Shown piece by piece: positions 57,578 to 64,000 of a stretch of 64,000 nucleotides of DNA (positions are counted from its first letter, which is position 1; every line of letters starts with the position of its first letter). The notes below the pieces were generated by a model that saw only the letters and a list, made by a program, of their open reading frames with translations, was not told where the DNA came from and did not search any database. The stretch spans positions 203,589 through 267,588 of the forward strand of contig CAZTXT010000001.1 in assembly GCA_964617735.1 (NCBI GenBank), in the 5' to 3' direction. The stretch is from an uncultured Candidatus Saccharibacteria bacterium. Lineage in GTDB: Bacteria > Patescibacteriota > Minisyncoccia > Phycocordibacterales > DSPV01. A program made the position numbers and the translations under genes.

Positions 57578-59602
<2,025 letters not shown>

Positions 59603-59677
59603 CACCGTTCGCACCCGCTGCATTTTCGTTCCATTGTCAAATTTTTCGATCGGCGCGCGGAATGCTATCATGACATT

Positions 59678-59959
59678 ATGTTGACGCTCAAAGATATCGA
59701 AAATCTTGCCGCGCTTGCACGGCTGGATATCCCCGCCGAGGAAAAAGAATCGCTTCGCACAGAAGTGGATTCGATTTTGGGGTATGTGAGCGAGATTCAG
59801 CAGGTTTCGGGAGGTACAACGAAGAAAGAGGCAGGCGAGGTCCGCAACGTATTCCGTGAAGACAAAAACCCGCATCTTCCCGGCGAATTTAGTGCGGAGC
59901 TTCTTGCAGCGGCGCCGCGCAGGCAGGACGATTATGTGAAGGTCAAGAAGATACTCTGA
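59678..59959 (+). CDS. gatC: Asp/Glu-tRNA amidotransferase subunit C
   Basis: 93 aa; LARLDIPAEEKESL...GYVSEIQQV; TGATG overlap with gatA. Confidence 0.85.
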   Translation: MLTLKDIENLAALARLDIPAEEKESLRTEVDSILGYVSEIQQVSGGTTKKEAGEVRNVFREDKNPHLPGEFSAELLAAAPRRQDDYVKVKKIL

Positions 59960-61395
59960 TGAAGCTGGATCTTCATGGCCTCACCGTAGCGTCGGCGCAT
60001 TCACATCTGAAAAAAGGCGATTTTTCCGCCCGCGAGCTTGCGCAAGTGTATCTTGATTCGATCGAAAAGAAGAACCCTCCAGTGAACGCGTATCTCGAGG
60101 TTTTTGACGATGTACTCGACCAGGCTCATGAGGCCGATCAGCGTCTTCAATCGAAGAAGAATGTGCATACGTTGACCGGTATTCCCTTCGCGATGAAAGA
60201 CAATATCTTGGTGAAGGGGCACCGCGCCGGCGCCGCATCGAAGATCCTCGAAGGATACTACGCTCCCTACGATGCCACGGTCTCGAAGAAGTTACGGGAC
60301 GCCGGCGCGGTTTTCCTCGGACGGACGAACATGGACGAATTCGCGATGGGCGGCTCGACGGAGAATTCCGCTTACGGTCCCACCAAAAATCCGCATGATC
60401 CTGCGCGCGTAGCGGGCGGTTCATCCGGCGGCTCCGCCGCCGCCGTCGCCATGGATGCCGCGCTCGCCGCTTTGGGTTCTGATACTGGTGGTTCCATCCG
60501 CGAACCCGCATCTTTTTGTGGTGTGGTGGGTTTCAAGCCAACCTACGGCGCTGTCTCGCGGTCGGGGCTTATGGCGATGGGTTCATCGCTCGATCAGATC
60601 GGACCATTCGCAAAGACGGTTGAAGACGCCGAGCTTATTTTCAATACCATCCGCGGAGCGGACCCCCTCGATAGCACGACTATTTCCGAGACTACGTACC
60701 CTCGCGGAAAATCATCTAAACGATTCGTGATCGGCGTACCGCGCGATTTCGCGCTCGCGGAAGGGGTCGACAAAGATGTCGCGAAAAACTTCTCGGAGAG
60801 CCTCGAGAAATTGGAGCAGTCGGGATGCGAGCTGCGCGACGTCAGCCTCCCCATGATCCGCTATTCGCTCTCGGTGTATTACATCATCATGCCTGCGGAA
60901 GTGTCCTCCAACCTCGCGCGCTACGACGGGGTCAAGTTTGGCGCGCTCGAAGAGGGTGGAGACGTGATCCAGGATTATTTTTTGACGCGAGGGCGCTTGT
61001 TCGGCAAAGAGGCACGCCGGAGGATCATGCTCGGCACCTACGTGCTCTCGGCCGGTTACTACGATGCCTATTACGGGAAGGCGAACCGGGTGCGGGCGCT
61101 TATCACCGATGATTTCAAGAACGTATTTTCAAGCGGTGTGCACGCGGTCGCCACGCCGACTGCGCCGACGCCCGCGTTTAAAATAGGCGAGAAGACCGCC
61201 GACCCGCTCCAGATGTATCTTGCCGACATCTTCACGGTTCCTGCCAATATCGCTGGCATCCCCGCCATCTCTATCCCTTCTGGTACCACTCTCGTCGGCG
61301 GAAAGTCACTGCCGCTGGGCTTGCAACTGCAAGCCGCGCACGGTTGTGAATCCACGCTCTTTGAGCTCGGCAAGAAATTTGAGAAGATAAAGTAG
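59959..61395 (+). CDS. gatA: Asp/Glu-tRNA amidotransferase subunit A (amidase signature)
   Basis: GGSSGGSAAAVA and the Ser-cisSer-Lys triad region. Confidence 0.92.
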   Translation: MKLDLHGLTVASAHSHLKKGDFSARELAQVYLDSIEKKNPPVNAYLEVFDDVLDQAHEADQRLQSKKNVHTLTGIPFAMKDNILVKGHRAGAASKILEGYYAPYDATVSKKLRDAGAVFLGRTNMDEFAMGGSTENSAYGPTKNPHDPARVAGGSSGGSAAAVAMDAALAALGSDTGGSIREPASFCGVVGFKPTYGAVSRSGLMAMGSSLDQIGPFAKTVEDAELIFNTIRGADPLDSTTISETTYPRGKSSKRFVIGVPRDFALAEGVDKDVAKNFSESLEKLEQSGCELRDVSLPMIRYSLSVYYIIMPAEVSSNLARYDGVKFGALEEGGDVIQDYFLTRGRLFGKEARRRIMLGTYVLSAGYYDAYYGKANRVRALITDDFKNVFSSGVHAVATPTAPTPAFKIGEKTADPLQMYLADIFTVPANIAGIPAISIPSGTTLVGGKSLPLGLQLQAAHGCESTLFELGKKFEKIK

Positions 61396-61396
61396 T

Positions 61397-62350
61397 ATGC
61401 CTCCGCAAAATCAGGCTCGACCCTCTCCATCGAGAGCCCCGGGTCCTCGCCCATCTCACGGTCCTAAACCATCGGGAAGCGCACCGCTAAGCGAAAAGAC
61501 GACCGAAGTGTTCTTTATTTTGCTCGTGGTCCTTATGATCGTCGCGGGGCTCGCTAATGCGACCCGTTCGCCACTTTTCCGTTCCGTGTATGTACAGCTT
61601 TTCCATCCGACCTCGCTCACGTATTACCAAAGCGCGAAGGGAGCACGGGTTTATGTCTCCGGCCCCCTCGGCAATGTCCGCGAGTCGCCCGGCGGTGTGC
61701 GCATTGGCTCGCAGGAAAGCGGCTCGGCCGGAGTGATCATCGGCGGAGCGCAAGCGAGCGGCGCGACGCGCTTTTGGGATATCGATTTCGATTCGGGTGT
61801 TGATGGATGGGTCGATGAAGCCGAGCTGTTACTCTTCAAACAAGAGACGGTCTTGAGTTTTATTCTCGCGGGCATTGCTGATCTTTTCAAGATCGTCTCA
61901 ACGCTCGCGTCGCTTCTGTTCCTCTCCGGTATCATCTATTCTCTGATCCGCGTCAGCCAGGTCGTTGCCGAACGTCGAAAGCACGAGAAGTTCAAAGAAA
62001 CTCCGGCACATATGGTCGCCGCCGCGCAGGAACATGTGAACCACCGATGGGAGCGAATCATCGCCCATGTGCAGAGCGAAAATCCAGCTGATTGGCGGCT
62101 GGCTATCCTTGAGGCGGACATCATGCTGGCGGAGATGCTCGATCCTATGGGGTATATCGGAGAGAATGTGGGGGAGAAATTGAAGCGCGTGGAGAGAAGC
62201 GATTTCGATACGATCGAAGATGCCTGGGAAGCGCACAAGATCCGCAACCTCGTCGCCCACAAGGGTTCTGATTTCGTGCTCTCCAAACGTGAGGCGCAAC
62301 GCGTTGTGTCGTTGTACGCGAATGTTTTCCGAGAATTTCACTATATCTAG
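61397..62350 (+). CDS. hypothetical membrane protein with Pro-rich N-terminus (in the usual gatB position)
   Basis: starts 2 nt after the gatA stop; two TM segments; no GatB motifs. Confidence 0.55.
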   Translation: MPPQNQARPSPSRAPGPRPSHGPKPSGSAPLSEKTTEVFFILLVVLMIVAGLANATRSPLFRSVYVQLFHPTSLTYYQSAKGARVYVSGPLGNVRESPGGVRIGSQESGSAGVIIGGAQASGATRFWDIDFDSGVDGWVDEAELLLFKQETVLSFILAGIADLFKIVSTLASLLFLSGIIYSLIRVSQVVAERRKHEKFKETPAHMVAAAQEHVNHRWERIIAHVQSENPADWRLAILEADIMLAEMLDPMGYIGENVGEKLKRVERSDFDTIEDAWEAHKIRNLVAHKGSDFVLSKREAQRVVSLYANVFREFHYI

Positions 62351-62395
62351 CGGTTGCCTTCGCTCTAGTGCTGTTGTATGATGAACCCCGCTTAT

Positions 62396-62466
62396 CGCGG
62401 GGTAGAGTAACAGTAATTCGCAAGGCTCATAACCTTGAGATGCCGGTGCAATTCCGGCCCCCGCAA
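62396..62466 (+). tRNA. candidate initiator-like tRNA (anticodon CAU) with non-canonical D and T loops
   Basis: acceptor CGCGGGG/CCCCGCA gives a C1-A72 mismatch, A11:U24 pair, A73 discriminator, anticodon loop CTCATAA; but the D loop (AACAGTA) lacks GG and the T loop is TGCAATT. Confidence 0.5.
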
Positions 62467-62547
62467 ATTTCATGAAGTAAATTCTTTACTGTCCAACCAA
62501 TAAAGGTTTAGACAGATTCTTTTTCTACGATACAATTGAGATATCCC

Positions 62548-62754
62548 ATGCAGGAGAGCAAATCCAAGAAAATTCTCGGAAGGTCATCCGTACCGAAGCT
62601 GGTGCGGTGGCTTATTGATGCGGGCATCGTGAAAACAGAGCAGGCCGCCGGGATGATGCTCGTTATCCTTATCGTCGCTTTTTTCGCCGCTTCCTACTAC
62701 TTTTTCAAGTCTGCACAGTCCACGGCTTCGCTATCGGCGGTCTTTTCAAACTAA
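62548..62754 (+). CDS. small membrane protein
   Basis: single TM MMLVILIVAFFAASYYFF; start uncertain (62536 or 62548). Confidence 0.4.
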   Translation: MQESKSKKILGRSSVPKLVRWLIDAGIVKTEQAAGMMLVILIVAFFAASYYFFKSAQSTASLSAVFSN

Positions 62755-62783
62755 AATCTCTCGAGTCTCTTCAAACGGCAATC

Positions 62784-62858
62784 TGGTGCCGGTGAGTGGA
62801 GTCGAACCACTGTCTAGGGCTTATGAGTCCCTCGTTCTGACCGTTGAACTACACCGGC
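62784..62858 (-). tRNA. tRNA-Met-type (anticodon CAU; elongator Met or Ile2-lysidine), CCA encoded
   Basis: acceptor GCCGGTG/CACCGGC, D arm GTTC-AACGGTCA-GAAC, anticodon loop CTCATAA, T arm AGTGG-TTCGACT-CCACT, ACCA 3' end. Confidence 0.8.
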
Positions 62859-63102
62859 AATGGGGAAAATATAATATACTCACGCGGGGATTACAAACTA
62901 CTTGCCGAATAGGGATGAGGGCGTATGATGGGTCTTAGGTGTACCTAACGAAAGGATTTTTTATGCCCTCAAAATTCTGGAACGATGACTCCCTTGAACT
63001 TCGCTTCCCGCTTGCACTCCGGCTGCTTTTCGGACTCTTGTATCTGCCCCGTGCAGTGAAATTGTGGTGTCAGCGGCGCCGAAAGATCTCCTGATCGATA
63101 CG

Positions 63103-63136
63103 TACCCGCCCTTGTAAAAGGGCGGGCCTCTTTTTA
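63103..63136 (+). terminator. rho-independent terminator
   Basis: cccgccctt-gtaa-aagggcggg followed by cctcttttt; follows a possible 44-aa sORF (62963..63097). Confidence 0.45.
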
Positions 63137-63263
63137 TCCTTATTTTTCTTGACTTTTCCACACCAACATAGCTGTAAGAGAGCACCGGGTATATAATCAT
63201 TTCCAGGGTTCACTATTATAAAAGGTCTTAAATTCGGCACCGTATCATAAGTCTACTTTAGGT

Positions 63264-64000
63264 ATGAGATATATTTCACTTAATTTTGTCATTGCGCTCG
63301 TAGTTATCGTGGCAACGGGCGCTGGTTTGATTTACAAGCTCCAAGAGTCAGCCTCGGAGATGGCCCTCTTACCCCTCCCCCTGGCCCAGGTAGCCTCATA
63401 TAATCTTGATCAAGGCCTCGCCCTTTATTGGAAACTCGATGAGGGTACCGGCTCAACGGTAACCGATTCGTCCGGCAACGGGATGAACGGCACGCTACTA
63501 GGCTCTCCTACATGGGTTTCCGGCTCGACCGCAAAGATCAACGGTGCGCTTTCTTTTAACGGTACCAACAGCGCAGTAACATCTCCTGCAGTTCCGCTCA
63601 ATACCGCTGTCGTTTCGGTCGCTTTCTGGCTCAACGGCGGCATGGGTTCAGGAACGAGTATGATTCTTGAATCGTCTCCCAACCTGAATAATTCGGATAC
63701 GGGTTTTGCCGTATCCACGGAATCCTCCTCTACAAATTGTCCGGGCGCTTCCAACATAGTTTGGCTGGTACTCCACGGGAATATGGGCTACAACAACAGC
63801 TGTTTTCAATATCCCGGTTCCGGCTGGCATCATTACGTAGCCGTCTTTGATAAAAGCCAGGGGTCTCAGCGGGAAGTGAGTCTCTTTATCGACGGAGCTA
63901 CGAGCTCGGTCCTCGTTCAGCATAACAGTGCGGATAATACCAATGGTTTCAACGCCAGCCCCGCCAATCCGATCTATCTGATGTCGCGCGGCGGGTCGTC
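63264..64000 (+). CDS. LamG / concanavalin-A-like lectin domain protein (partial, 3' end outside window)
   Basis: signal/TM then LALYWKLDEGTGSTVTDSSGNGMNGTLLGSPTWVSGSTAKINGALSFNG, the typical LamG jelly-roll opening motif. Confidence 0.6.
   Translation, partial: MRYISLNFVIALVVIVATGAGLIYKLQESASEMALLPLPLAQVASYNLDQGLALYWKLDEGTGSTVTDSSGNGMNGTLLGSPTWVSGSTAKINGALSFNGTNSAVTSPAVPLNTAVVSVAFWLNGGMGSGTSMILESSPNLNNSDTGFAVSTESSSTNCPGASNIVWLVLHGNMGYNNSCFQYPGSGWHHYVAVFDKSQGSQREVSLFIDGATSSVLVQHNSADNTNGFNASPANPIYLMSRGGS

Noticed and set aside
62961-63200. Minus-strand ORF 62961..63200 (79 aa)
   Set aside because: The plus strand here carries a better candidate (a 44-aa sORF with an RBS plus a terminator hairpin), and the minus ORF spans that terminator.

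Overview
The window is ~50% GC bacterial DNA with compact, overlapping genes. Several traits (no L30, a Zn-ribbon S14, many pilin genes, long hypothetical stretches) suggest a CPR/Patescibacteria-like genome; that is inference, not a database result.

Main blocks:
- (a) 1.5-18 kb: a split S10/spc-type ribosomal-protein cluster (rplC-rplD-rplW-rplB | 1.65-kb insertion | rpsS...rpsQ-rplN-rplX-rplE-[411-aa membrane protein]-rpsZ-rpsH-rplF-rplR-rpsE-rplO-secY), then a convergent pilin gene, adk, map and ndk.
- (b) 18-25.7 kb: a structured ORF-free 0.64-kb region, a beta-CASP RNase, the infC-rpmI-rplT operon (minus strand) and a hybrid sensor kinase.
- (c) 25.9-30.4 kb: small, mixed-orientation hypothetical genes separated by a conserved ~26-40-nt intergenic box in three copies (a fourth copy lies near tRNA-Ser at 39.8 kb). 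The block ends in smpB-ssrA (tmRNA, minus strand), with a direct repeat of the tmRNA 3' end 200 bp beyond it.
- (d) 30.9-40.6 kb: ftsH; tRNA-Ile(UAU) followed by two direct repeats of its own 3' end; a giant pilin; recG; two VOC/glyoxalase genes; tRNA-Ser.
- (e) 40.6-57.6 kb: a large type IV pilus / competence-like locus (comF, pilM-N-O, pilB, CheY-like regulator, pilT, pilC, two AT-rich polytopic membrane proteins, pilA, two VirB2/TrbC-like proteins, pilD, four minor pilins).
- (f) 57.6-64 kb: ligA, gatC, gatA (gatB's place taken by a hypothetical membrane protein), an initiator-like tRNA, tRNA-Met and a partial LamG-domain gene.

No CRISPR array, rRNA, transposase or integrase was recognisable.
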